Assembly: GCA_015064485.1 (NCBI GenBank)
Contig: SVSD01000005.1
Coordinates: 42,255 to 106,254 of the forward strand
DNA: 64,000 nt
DNA from: Oscillospiraceae bacterium
GTDB lineage: Bacteria; Bacillota; Clostridia; Oscillospirales; CAG-382
Direction: 5' to 3'
The notes under the pieces: model-generated
What the model was told of the DNA's origin: nothing
The model's input: only the letters and a program-made list of their open reading frames with translations
Database searches by the model: none
Shown: one piece after another, positions 49,947 to 58,614 of the stretch
How positions within the stretch are numbered: position 1 is the first letter of the stretch
Layout of the letters: each line of letters begins with the position of its first letter
Translations under genes and position numbers: made by a program

Positions 49947-51314
49947 TTACTTAGTAATAGTAACAGTCTTTGTAGCATCGTCCCAGGCAACTGCGCAGCC
50001 ATAAGCTTCAGCAACAGCACGAACAGGAACGAGAGTTCTGGATTCAACGATCTGAGCAGCTACATCGAGAGCCTTATCTGTTCCGTTAACATTGATTGCA
50101 GGAACACCGATTGTAAGCTTAACAGTTGTGCCATCCTTTGTGGATGTAACTGTCTTTGTAGCATCATCCCATTCAACAGTAGCGCCAAGAGCTTCAAAGA
50201 TAGCTCTCAAGGGTACCATTGTTCTGGAGTCGATAATCTGAGCAGGAACATCAAGAGCTTTAGCAACACCGTTTGTAACGATTTCAGCCTTACCGATAAC
50301 GAGCTTGATTTCTGTAGATGCTACAGCACCCTGTTCGCCATCAGTCCAAGTAACATAATGTTCACCGGGTTCAAGTGTAACTTTACCGTTATTAACTGTT
50401 TCGCCGTCGATATTAGCAATCTTGCCGTTTGCAGCCATAACTTCAAATACACCGGGTTCGTCAGTAGGAGTTACCATACCACCCATTTCAGATCTAACAA
50501 CATATGTACCGGCAGCTGCAACATCGGGGTATACGAAATGTTCAGGATTAATGCCGTTATTCAATACGATATTGAGAGCACTCATAAGATCCGGAACTGT
50601 CTGTTCGCTGTATGCGATCTTTTTAACGGAACCGGAGTTAACGATAATGTTGAGATTGCCCGCGATAGCAATACCAACCTGATCGCCCATCCAGTAGTCA
50701 GCAGAAATCAAAATGCTGTCAACAGATGCGCCGTCGATGATAACTGTGGAGTTGCCTTCGCAACCGTTGGAGTAAGAGTCGGAATAACCACCTGCTGCGT
50801 GAAGAGTTCCGATAGTACCGCTCTTGAATTCTGCATATGCTTCAGAAACAATTGCATTTTCAAGAGTTGTAAGGTGGAACATTTCAGTAAATTCAGAATT
50901 CTTACCGCCGTCCATAATGAGTTTGCCGTAAGGATTTATGTGAGAATACTTGCCGGCAGCAAATTTGATATCTTTAAATGTTGCATCGCCTCTGAGTCTT
51001 ACAGCAAAACCGTCAGCAACAGCAATGGTTGAGTTTTTGTCAACGCCTGTGAATGTGATCATGCCATTCCATTCAACTTCATTAAAGTTCTGGCCATCAT
51101 TAATGCTGTATGTGCCATAAATCTTAATTGTACCGTCGTTGTTTCCGATAGCTTCGATAGCTTCATTGATAGTACCGAAAGGAGCGTCTTCTGTACCGTC
51201 GCCCGAGCCGCCTTCTTCAACGAAATATACATTTTCTTCAGCAGATACTGTGAAAGCAACACAAGAAACTGCGAGAAGAACTGCGAGAAGAACTGATAAA
51301 ATCTTCTTAGTCAT
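49947..51314 (-). CDS. Secreted protein with C-terminal copper amine oxidase stalk domain
   Basis: Signal peptide; PAQIIDSRTMVPLRAIFEALGATVEWD; strongly biased codon usage suggesting high expression. Confidence 0.88.
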   Translation of the reverse strand: MTKKILSVLLAVLLAVSCVAFTVSAEENVYFVEEGGSGDGTEDAPFGTINEAIEAIGNNDGTIKIYGTYSINDGQNFNEVEWNGMITFTGVDKNSTIAVADGFAVRLRGDATFKDIKFAAGKYSHINPYGKLIMDGGKNSEFTEMFHLTTLENAIVSEAYAEFKSGTIGTLHAAGGYSDSYSNGCEGNSTVIIDGASVDSILISADYWMGDQVGIAIAGNLNIIVNSGSVKKIAYSEQTVPDLMSALNIVLNNGINPEHFVYPDVAAAGTYVVRSEMGGMVTPTDEPGVFEVMAANGKIANIDGETVNNGKVTLEPGEHYVTWTDGEQGAVASTEIKLVIGKAEIVTNGVAKALDVPAQIIDSRTMVPLRAIFEALGATVEWDDATKTVTSTKDGTTVKLTIGVPAINVNGTDKALDVAAQIVESRTLVPVRAVAEAYGCAVAWDDATKTVTITK

Positions 51315-51457
51315 TTTGAAATACCTCCTAATAGTATTGTTTAGATTTTAACACAGATATACCGAAAAGTCTACATCTTTTTTGCAATTTTTGTTGTAAA
51401 AAAACATTTTTGTAACAAACAACAATCCATCAGCTCTAAAATTGTGCATTTTGACAT

Positions 51458-51973
51458 TCAGCTTCTTGAAGAAATGATATCAGTTTTTGCTATATCAACA
51501 ATTTTAAGTGCATTTTCCGTAATTTCACCGCCGTCGCAATCTATAATATAATCAGCATATTCCTCATATAAAGGTCTTCTTTCCTCAAACAGCTGAGCGA
51601 GAGTTTTATCTTTTGCTCCTGCTACTCCGCGGCTCGCAAGATTAAAAAGACGCTTTTCAAGTTCAGAAACACCGATTCTTAAATAAACGACCTTACCCAT
51701 CTTTTTCAGATGATTCATACCTCTTTTTGAGTATATCGCACTTCCGCCCGTTGCAATAACGGTATCTTCGCAATATGTAGCGCAAAGCGCCTTTTCTTCA
51801 GCCGTCATAAAATCAGAAAGTCCGTCTTCATCAATTATGTCCTGTAAAACTTTGCCTTCCATATTCTGGATTATAAGATCTGTATCAAGAAATCTATATC
51901 CGATAAGCTTTGCAAGCACATTTCCCACAGTACTTTTTCCGCTTCCGGGCATTCCTATAAGAATCAAATTCAT
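51458..51973 (-). CDS. aroK: Shikimate kinase
   Basis: IGMPGSGKST, DTD, ATGGS, ERRPLY. Confidence 0.92.
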   Translation of the reverse strand: MNLILIGMPGSGKSTVGNVLAKLIGYRFLDTDLIIQNMEGKVLQDIIDEDGLSDFMTAEEKALCATYCEDTVIATGGSAIYSKRGMNHLKKMGKVVYLRIGVSELEKRLFNLASRGVAGAKDKTLAQLFEERRPLYEEYADYIIDCDGGEITENALKIVDIAKTDIISSRS

Positions 51974-52138
51974 TAAAAAGCTCCTTTCGTTCTGAGCTAT
52001 ATAGAATTATATATCTTTATCTTTCTCAATTGGTGAACTTCCCGTAAACATTGGATTTATTTCCCGATTTTGATTGACACATACAAATATGAGTGTTAAA
52101 ATATAACAAAAACCGCAGTATATACGAAAGGAAATATA

Positions 52139-53302
52139 ATGATAAAACTACTTTCAAAGCTCTTCATAAAAAACAATCAAAACACAGATGATCCAAATGT
52201 CAGACTAGCATACGGAACCTTATGTTCCGCAGTCGGAATAATTCTTAATCTCTTGCTTTTTGCCATAAAAGCCTTTGCGGGAATTATAAGCGGTTCTGTT
52301 GCAATAATTGCTGATGCATCCAACAACCTCTCGGATTCCGGCTCTTCCATCGTTACCCTTATCGGCTTTAAGCTTTCTGCAAAAAAGCCTGATGCTTCAC
52401 ATCCTTTCGGTCACGGACGAAGCGAGCATATTGCGGGACTCATAGTTTCGTTTCTAATAATTCATATGGGATTTGATATTGCAAAAAGTTCATTTTTGAA
52501 AATACTCGATCCGGGGCTTTCCGAATTTTCGGTAACAGCTGTAATTATTCTTGCAGTATCCATACTCATAAAGCTTTATATGTCGTTTTATAACAGCCGT
52601 GTCGGCAAAAAGATCAATTCGTCTTCAATGGCGGCAACCGCAACTGACAGCCTTTGCGACTGCATTTCAACAACCGTTGTTCTCATATCTCTTTTTATAA
52701 CAAAGTTTACAAATTTTAACACAGACGGCTACTGCGGACTTGCAGTTTCAATATTTATAATTTTTTCCGGCATCAAAACCGCGAAAGAAACCATCTCTCC
52801 CCTCCTTGGAAATGCCGCTCCCAAAGAAATCGTAGATACGGTCGAAAAAATCGTTTTATCTTATCCGGAAGTTTTGGGTATCCACGATTTTATCGCCCAC
52901 GATTACGGCAACGGCAGCCTTATAATTTCTTTACACGCAGAAGTAGATGCCTGCGGAGACATTCTTAAAATTCACGATACCATCGACAACATTGAACGAC
53001 ATATCGGAACCGAGCTTAACTGTCTTGTTACAATACATATGGATCCTATAGTTACCGACGACCCCTGTATTGATGAAGTCAAAGCGGTTGTAACACGATA
53101 CCTTTCCAAGAACCACTGCGATGTTACAGTACACGATTTCAGAGTGGTTCACGGTGAAACCCATACAAATGTTATATTTGACATCGTTGTTCCTTTCGAA
53201 TCGAAACATCCGGAAAGAATAGCGGATGAGCTTAAAGAAGCTGTGAATAACTACAACAAAAATATGTATGCTGTAATAAATATTGATTCAAAATATATTT
53301 AA
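52139..53302 (+). CDS. Cation diffusion facilitator family transporter
   Basis: ADASNNLSD, PDASHPFGHGR, HDFIAHDYG, IHMDP. Confidence 0.92.
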   Translation: MIKLLSKLFIKNNQNTDDPNVRLAYGTLCSAVGIILNLLLFAIKAFAGIISGSVAIIADASNNLSDSGSSIVTLIGFKLSAKKPDASHPFGHGRSEHIAGLIVSFLIIHMGFDIAKSSFLKILDPGLSEFSVTAVIILAVSILIKLYMSFYNSRVGKKINSSSMAATATDSLCDCISTTVVLISLFITKFTNFNTDGYCGLAVSIFIIFSGIKTAKETISPLLGNAAPKEIVDTVEKIVLSYPEVLGIHDFIAHDYGNGSLIISLHAEVDACGDILKIHDTIDNIERHIGTELNCLVTIHMDPIVTDDPCIDEVKAVVTRYLSKNHCDVTVHDFRVVHGETHTNVIFDIVVPFESKHPERIADELKEAVNNYNKNMYAVINIDSKYI

Positions 53303-53338
53303 AAAAAGGAGCTGTAAAATTTTTACAGCTCCTTTTTT
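53301..53338. terminator. Bidirectional intrinsic terminator
   Basis: aaaaaaggagctgtaaaa-t-ttttacagctcctttttt. Confidence 0.85.
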
Positions 53339-53403
53339 GCGGAATAGCTAAGTTTCTTTCATTTAAGTTTTTAACTAAGATTGATTTTTGATTCCGGACT
53401 TTC

Positions 53404-53985
53404 TCAGATAATTATATATTTAATTTCATCCTCTTTTTCAAGGGCAAAAGAAAGTCCGATTTCACCAACGATACTAAACTTCGAAAAATATAAATTTGTA
53501 TCTGTATTTTTCGGAATAAAAGTTTTTTCCGAAAGCATTTTAAATATGCTTTCTTTTTTTGTCCACATTTCTAAAGTGAAAACAGCCCTTTTGTCTTCCT
53601 GCAGTTCGCCATAAATTTTGTATTCTCTGCAATTCATAATCTTTTTTGCAAGTTTTTCAGAGAATCTTTTCGGATCATATGCTTCAATATCAATACCGCA
53701 CGGAATATCCGAAACAATAACCGCAACAAATTTTTTTGTATGTGACAAAGAAAAGAAAAAATCGGGGCAATTCCATTTTCCGTTTTCTGACCTTGAAAAG
53801 GAAAAAGAATCAAAGCTCTCGGAAAAATTTTCGCAAACCGCTTTTTCGAGAAGCTTCCAAGCAAAATATTTTTGTTCTTTGTGTTCGGCAATTTTCGTAT
53901 TCTTTATTTGAAACGCACGGTTTTCAGGTCTTATTTCCTTATTTTCAACTTCAAACGGAAAAGAAGATACATATATATATGTCAA
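53404..53985 (-). CDS. 4'-phosphopantetheinyl transferase (Sfp-like)
   Basis: FSLSHT, GIDIE, WTKKESIFK motifs. Confidence 0.85.
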   Translation of the reverse strand: MTYIYVSSFPFEVENKEIRPENRAFQIKNTKIAEHKEQKYFAWKLLEKAVCENFSESFDSFSFSRSENGKWNCPDFFFSLSHTKKFVAVIVSDIPCGIDIEAYDPKRFSEKLAKKIMNCREYKIYGELQEDKRAVFTLEMWTKKESIFKMLSEKTFIPKNTDTNLYFSKFSIVGEIGLSFALEKEDEIKYIII

Positions 53986-54482
53986 ATCATCTCACCCGTC
54001 TTAAACTTTCCGTAATCTACAAGTCCTTCAAAATTGCCCTGTCTTAAAACTTCATAAACCGCAATTGCCGCCGCGTTTGAAAGATTAAGACTGCGAAGGT
54101 TTTCAAGCATCGGTATTCTTACGGCATGATCAAGGTTTTTTTCTATAAGGTCCTCAGGAAGGCCTTTTGTTTCTTTGCCGAAAATCAAAAAACTGTTTTC
54201 GGGATATTCGACTTCCGTATAGGCTCTCGGTGCTTTTGTGCTGAAATAATAGAAATGTCCGCCTTTATTCTTTTCAAAGAAATCGTCGATATCTTTATAG
54301 TAATGTATATCCAGATATTGCCAGTAATCAAGACCAGCTCTTTTAAGCTTCGCATCGGTTATAGTAAAACCAAGCGGCTCGATAAGATGAAGAGATGCTC
54401 CCGTTGCCGCACAGGTTCTTGAAATATTACCTGTATTTTGCGGAATTTCGGGTTCGTGTAATACTATATTTATCTTACCCAT
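53982..54482 (-). CDS. trmL: tRNA (cytidine/uridine-34-2'-O)-methyltransferase
   Basis: PEIPQNTGNI, LKRAGLDYW, FGKETKGLP, RSLNLSN. Confidence 0.93.
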   Translation of the reverse strand: MGKINIVLHEPEIPQNTGNISRTCAATGASLHLIEPLGFTITDAKLKRAGLDYWQYLDIHYYKDIDDFFEKNKGGHFYYFSTKAPRAYTEVEYPENSFLIFGKETKGLPEDLIEKNLDHAVRIPMLENLRSLNLSNAAAIAVYEVLRQGNFEGLVDYGKFKTGEMI

Positions 54483-54483
54483 A

Positions 54484-55125
54484 TCAATATCCAAGCTCCT
54501 CGCCGACAAGAATAACCTTTACTCTGTCCTTTTCAAGCTGCCTTCCCATAATAACGATATCAGAGCATATTCTTGTATCGCTCTTGCAGTCTGAACACTT
54601 GCCGCTTAAAGTACATGGGGTTTTGCAATTCAAACGAATCGCATTCGCAGGAGCTGAAACTTCCTTTATTCTGCGGTATGCGGCATCTATATCTTTTACT
54701 ATTTTATTGTAACCGGCAACAACGATAACAGATTCAGGTCCGTATATCATTGCAGCAACGCGGTTGCCCCTTGCATCTATATTTATCAATTCTCCGTTTT
54801 CGGTAAGTGCGTTTGTGCTCGTAAGGTAACAATCGCACAAAAAAGCTTTTTTATGTACATCGTTTATCTGTTCCTTGGTAAGACCTTCTTCGTATCTGTC
54901 ATAAAACATATATCTTCCCGAACGCAAAATGTCTATAATGCCAGTTTCAAACAAAGTCATCGACCCGCCTACTGCCACAGTGGCATTTTCATCCATAAGG
55001 TTTTCAATTATTTCAAGAGCCTCTTCGCAATTGTCAGCACATACCGCATAATAATTATTTCTGCGCAATGCTTCGGCGGTACGCTCCATACAAAGGCGTA
55101 TGATTTCATATTTATTTCTGTCCAT
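54484..55125 (-). CDS. LUD domain (lactate utilization) protein
   Basis: VGGSMTL, STNALTENG..NIDARGNRVA, GYNKIV, C-terminal Cys cluster. Confidence 0.85.
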   Translation of the reverse strand: MDRNKYEIIRLCMERTAEALRRNNYYAVCADNCEEALEIIENLMDENATVAVGGSMTLFETGIIDILRSGRYMFYDRYEEGLTKEQINDVHKKAFLCDCYLTSTNALTENGELINIDARGNRVAAMIYGPESVIVVAGYNKIVKDIDAAYRRIKEVSAPANAIRLNCKTPCTLSGKCSDCKSDTRICSDIVIMGRQLEKDRVKVILVGEELGY

Positions 55126-55213
55126 ATAAACCTCCCCGCTATTCTTTTTTAGATATTATAACTTATAGTTTCGACGATTTCAAGTACGAACGGCTAAATC
55201 CCACCCGACGCTT

Positions 55214-55230
55214 TTCGACATTATTCGTCA
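55214..55230 (-). promoter_or_regulatory. Tandem Spo0A boxes
   Basis: TTCGACA-tta-TTCGTCA, i.e. two TGNCGAA boxes 10 bp apart in a divergent intergenic region. Confidence 0.55.
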
Positions 55231-55391
55231 AAATTTTCAAGCAAAAGGTGAAATTTGTTTACATTCTCCAAATTCTTTTTCAAATTAATAAAGTTTTTTG
55301 TGAATTATTTCCCAAAAAGTCTTGATTTATTTTGAATAAAGTGGTATTCTATTTCTGCCGTGAAAAACCTCATCGGCAAAAGGAGATTTAA

Positions 55392-55670
55392 ATGAAAAAC
55401 TCAAATGAAGAAACTGTGGCAAACATTTTGTCCTCGCAGCAATACCTTCCGGAAATTACAGAAAAAGAAATCGTATGCGGTAAAGATGTTTTTACATCTT
55501 ACGGCTTGAAGATAAAACGAAACGACGGTACTGTTGATGTGTACGAAGATATTTCGCTGACAAGAACAAAAATAACAGAATTATATGATTTGTTTTGCAA
55601 CTACGATATAGATGAGTCACATATCGAAGAGGTGATATGTGATTTTGTTGACAGTCTGCACAGTATATAA
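55392..55670 (+). CDS. Small acidic protein (DUF6514-like)
   Basis: AAAGGAG RBS; YGLKI...EDIS...HIEEVICDF pattern. Confidence 0.7.
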   Translation: MKNSNEETVANILSSQQYLPEITEKEIVCGKDVFTSYGLKIKRNDGTVDVYEDISLTRTKITELYDLFCNYDIDESHIEEVICDFVDSLHSI

Positions 55671-55674
55671 TTCA

Positions 55675-55703
55675 GTCAAAACAGGCCTTTCGTGCATACT
55701 ATA
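55675..55703 (+). promoter_or_regulatory. Possible mother-cell (sigmaK/sigmaE-type) promoter of spoVFA
   Basis: CATACTATA at 55695-55703 matches CATAnnnTA; TCA lies 16 bp upstream; the -35 match is weak. Confidence 0.45.
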
Positions 55704-55733
55704 ATGTATAATCATGCGAAAGGAATAAAGACA

Positions 55734-56528
55734 ATGCTATTAAAAAAAATCGCTGTCATAGGCGGCGATGCCCGTTTTGCGGTATGTGCAGAACTTTTTG
55801 CAAAAAAAGGCTGCGAATGTGCGGTTTTCGGACTTGAAAAAGCCGAAAATCTCTTGATGGCAACCAAAAGTGCAACAATATACGATGCTGTTTCGGGTTG
55901 TGATGCTATAATTCTTCCGATACCTGTGTCGAAAGACAATGATCAGGCTTTCTCGCCTCTATCGGATTTTAAAATAAGTTTGACCGATATTTTAGAAAAT
56001 ATAAAGGGCGATCCGATCATTTTTATCGGTCAAAGCAAGGAATCCGTTCAAAATTCACAATTGTCAGAATTTGATATTATAACATATACAGCATCAAAAA
56101 CTTTTGCATTGCTCGGAAGCGTTCCGACTGCCGAATGTGCCATATCAACCGCTACTTATCACAGCCGTAAATGCTGCTGCAATTCAAGATACCTTATCGT
56201 AGGATGCGGTAATGTCGGTAAACGCTTAGGTCTGCTTTCAAAGAATATGGGTGCGGATGTTTTTATATCCGCAAGAAAAAAAGAAGATCTCGCGTGGATA
56301 GAAGCTCACGGAATGATCCCTTTGAAAACATACGATCTTTCGTCAGAAAAGGTTGAATTTGATGTAATATTCAATACAGTCCCCCACATGGTTCTGGGAG
56401 AACAAGTTCTTAAAAATCTTAAAGGTTATCCTTTGATTATAGAACTTGCTTCAAAACCCTACGGGGCGGGTTTTAAACAAAAAAGGGAATATAAAAAAGT
56501 CCGGAGTGCAAAGAAAAAAGATAACTGA
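55734..56528 (+). CDS. spoVFA: Dipicolinate synthase subunit A, 5' fragment (interrupted after codon 243; the rest of the ORF is element-derived read-through)
   Basis: IAVIGGDAR, ILPIP, VPTAE, GCGNVG, VIFNTVP, IIELASKPYG; homology stops there and the conserved GLPGK C-terminus is found at 61711-61857. Confidence 0.92.
   Translation: MLLKKIAVIGGDARFAVCAELFAKKGCECAVFGLEKAENLLMATKSATIYDAVSGCDAIILPIPVSKDNDQAFSPLSDFKISLTDILENIKGDPIIFIGQSKESVQNSQLSEFDIITYTASKTFALLGSVPTAECAISTATYHSRKCCCNSRYLIVGCGNVGKRLGLLSKNMGADVFISARKKEDLAWIEAHGMIPLKTYDLSSEKVEFDVIFNTVPHMVLGEQVLKNLKGYPLIIELASKPYGAGFKQKREYKKVRSAKKKDN
56453..56477 (+). repeat. Left recombination site (attL-like)
   Basis: aaaaccc-tacGGggc-gggttttaaa; imperfect direct repeat of 61701-61725; dyad centred on GG 56463-56464. 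Confidence 0.85.
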
Positions 56529-56615
56529 AAGAAAAATCAAGATAAAAATCCGATAAAATGAAAGAAAAACTCAAAAACTGAGTTTTTTTAAATAATTATT
56601 TTTTTGCTATCCCCT

Positions 56616-56652
56616 AAAAAAGGAGCTGTAAAAAACTACAGCTCCTTCTTTA
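56616..56652. terminator. Intrinsic terminator of the symporter gene (likely bidirectional)
   Basis: aaaaaaggagctgta-aaaaac-tacagctccttcttt. Confidence 0.8.
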
Positions 56653-56659
56653 TTGATTT

Positions 56660-58264
56660 TTATTTACTTCCGAGATTTTGTTTTGCGTCAACTAAAACTT
56701 TTCTGTCATAGCAAGCAAACATTTTATCAACCTCATCCTTGTCGGGCTTTTTAGTAATAAGGCTCACAACAGGAACGAGTATAAGTCCGCCCACCATAGC
56801 AAAAACACCGGAGTAAAGTGAGTTTGTAAATACAAAGCTCAAGAATCCTTCGGGGAAGGAAAGTCCGCAAATATCCTTTACAAGCTGAACGATTTCAACA
56901 CCGGTACCGAAAATGAAGCTCACAACAACTGCGCTCTTTGTAACGCCCTTCCAGTACAAACCGTAAAGGAAAGGAGCAAGGAATGCACCGGCAAGCGCGC
57001 CCCATGATACACCCATCATCTGAGCTATAAAAGTAGCTCCCGGGAAGCTGTCTTTAACTATTGCAATTACAGCAGATACAACCACAAAGAAAAGAACGAA
57101 AAGTCTGAGTATCAAAAGTTTCTGTTTCTCAGAAACCTTCTTATCTCTTTTTTTCATAACAGGAACTATAACATCGAGTGTCAAAGTCGAGCTTGAAGTA
57201 AGGACAAGAGACGAAAGCGTAGACATAGATGCAGCAAGAACAAGTACAATGACCGTTGCGACAATTACAGGATTAAGTTCAGAAAGCATTGCGGGAACAA
57301 TATTATCCTTCAAAAGTTTCGAACCCACTTCGCCGTTTGCCCATATTGCGCTGTTGTTTGCGTAAAGTCTTCCGAAGCCACCGAGAAAATAACAGCCGCC
57401 CGCTACGATTATAGCAAATATCGTAGAAATTACTGTGCCTTTTTTGATTGAATCTTCGCTGTCTATTGAATAGAATTTGCCGACCATCTGAGGAAGTCCC
57501 CATGTGCCGAGAGATGTAAGTATTACAACAAACAATAAAAATACAGGGTTAGGTCCGAGGAATGACGAATAAGCACCCATAAGTCCGCTCGATCCGTTTT
57601 CGATTACGGAAAGACCTCTGTATGCTTCCATAAATCCGCCGTTGTCAACAAGAACCGCCGCAATTACCGCAACTATACCGACAAGCATAATAATGCCCTG
57701 AATAAAATCGTTTATCGCAGTTGCCATATATCCGCCGAATATTACATAAACACCTGTAAGTGCCGCCATAATGATAATAACGAGCCAGTACGGAATATTG
57801 AAAGCTGAATTGAAAAGGCTCGAAAGTCCGTTATATAACGACGCTGTATAAGGAATAAGAAAAAGAAAAACTATAACAGAAGCTATTGTTTTCAAACTGC
57901 CGGACTGATATCTTTTACCAAAAAAGTCAGGCATTGTTTTCGAGCCCAGATGCTGTGTCATAACTCTTGTTCTTCTTCCGAGAATTACCCAGGGAAGAAG
58001 CGATCCGATAAATGCATTTCCAAGACCTATCCAAGTAGATGCAAGACCGAATTCCCATCCGAACTGACCCGCATATCCGACAAAAATAACTGCCGAAAAA
58101 TACGAAGTACCGAAAGCAAAAGCCGTAAGCCAAGGACCTACCGAGCGTCCGCCAAGAACAAATCCGTCAACATTTGTTGAATGTTTTCTGCAGTATAAGC
58201 CAACGCCTATCATAATTGCAAAAAACGCTGTAAGCATTACGATCGTGATAACCGCCTTTACCAT
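56660..58264 (-). CDS. Sodium:solute symporter (SSS/PutP superfamily)
   Basis: FVLGGRSVGPW, YFSAVIFVG, GGYMATAINDFIQG, WGLPQM, AASMSTLSS; about 13 TM segments. Confidence 0.92.
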   Translation of the reverse strand: MVKAVITIVMLTAFFAIMIGVGLYCRKHSTNVDGFVLGGRSVGPWLTAFAFGTSYFSAVIFVGYAGQFGWEFGLASTWIGLGNAFIGSLLPWVILGRRTRVMTQHLGSKTMPDFFGKRYQSGSLKTIASVIVFLFLIPYTASLYNGLSSLFNSAFNIPYWLVIIIMAALTGVYVIFGGYMATAINDFIQGIIMLVGIVAVIAAVLVDNGGFMEAYRGLSVIENGSSGLMGAYSSFLGPNPVFLLFVVILTSLGTWGLPQMVGKFYSIDSEDSIKKGTVISTIFAIIVAGGCYFLGGFGRLYANNSAIWANGEVGSKLLKDNIVPAMLSELNPVIVATVIVLVLAASMSTLSSLVLTSSSTLTLDVIVPVMKKRDKKVSEKQKLLILRLFVLFFVVVSAVIAIVKDSFPGATFIAQMMGVSWGALAGAFLAPFLYGLYWKGVTKSAVVVSFIFGTGVEIVQLVKDICGLSFPEGFLSFVFTNSLYSGVFAMVGGLILVPVVSLITKKPDKDEVDKMFACYDRKVLVDAKQNLGSK

Positions 58265-58314
58265 TTTAATACCTTCTTTCATTTTTTATTTTTTATGGAA
58301 AACGGTAAAATGGT

Positions 58315-58578
58315 AAAAAAATAACCGTCCTCCAACAAAAGAGGACGGAAAAATCCGTGGTACCACCTCAATTTACCGATATGTTACCATATCAGCCTCA
58401 TCAGGCACATTCTATGCCTTATTGCTGTAACGGGCAAACCCGGCGCAGCCTACTCTTCGCATTTCGGTGCGCAGCTCACAAGATGTATTCGCCAAGTTCT
58501 TTCTTACTGTCTCTCACCGCCCGACAGCTCTCTTAAAAGGTAAGAAAAAGGCTACTTCTTCTCGGTCATCGCTTCTAT
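58315..58578 (-). ncRNA. T-box leader, predicted Tyr (UAC) specifier
   Basis: AGAGAG and GGTGAGA stem I motifs; GAA-TAC-A specifier loop (58485-58490); AAATTGAGGTGGTACCACGG T-box (58355-58374); terminator 58325-58348. Confidence 0.88.
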
Positions 58579-58585
58579 ATCGTGT

Positions 58586-58614
58586 ATTCTACTACAAAAA
58601 ACTAACCTTGTCAA
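58586..58614 (-). promoter_or_regulatory. sigmaA promoter of the Tyr T-box/symporter unit
   Basis: TTGACA-17 bp-TAGAAT; the -35 hexamer overlaps the recombinase stop codon. Confidence 0.75.

Noticed and set aside
51268-51296. 12-bp tandem repeat (aactgcgagaag) in a signal peptide
   Set aside because: About 2.5 copies, in frame (LLAV repeat); too short to suggest phase variation
56453-56459. Crossover within the shared AAAACCC (giving KPGG) instead of CGGGG
   Set aside because: It also restores the frame, but it is off-centre of the dyad and would not give the perfect 11-bp inverted repeat; less likely, not excluded
56466-56528. Lys-rich C-terminus of the 278-aa SpoVFA ORF as a genuine protein end
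   Set aside because: It is read-through into A-rich element DNA; the conserved C-terminus is at 61711-61857
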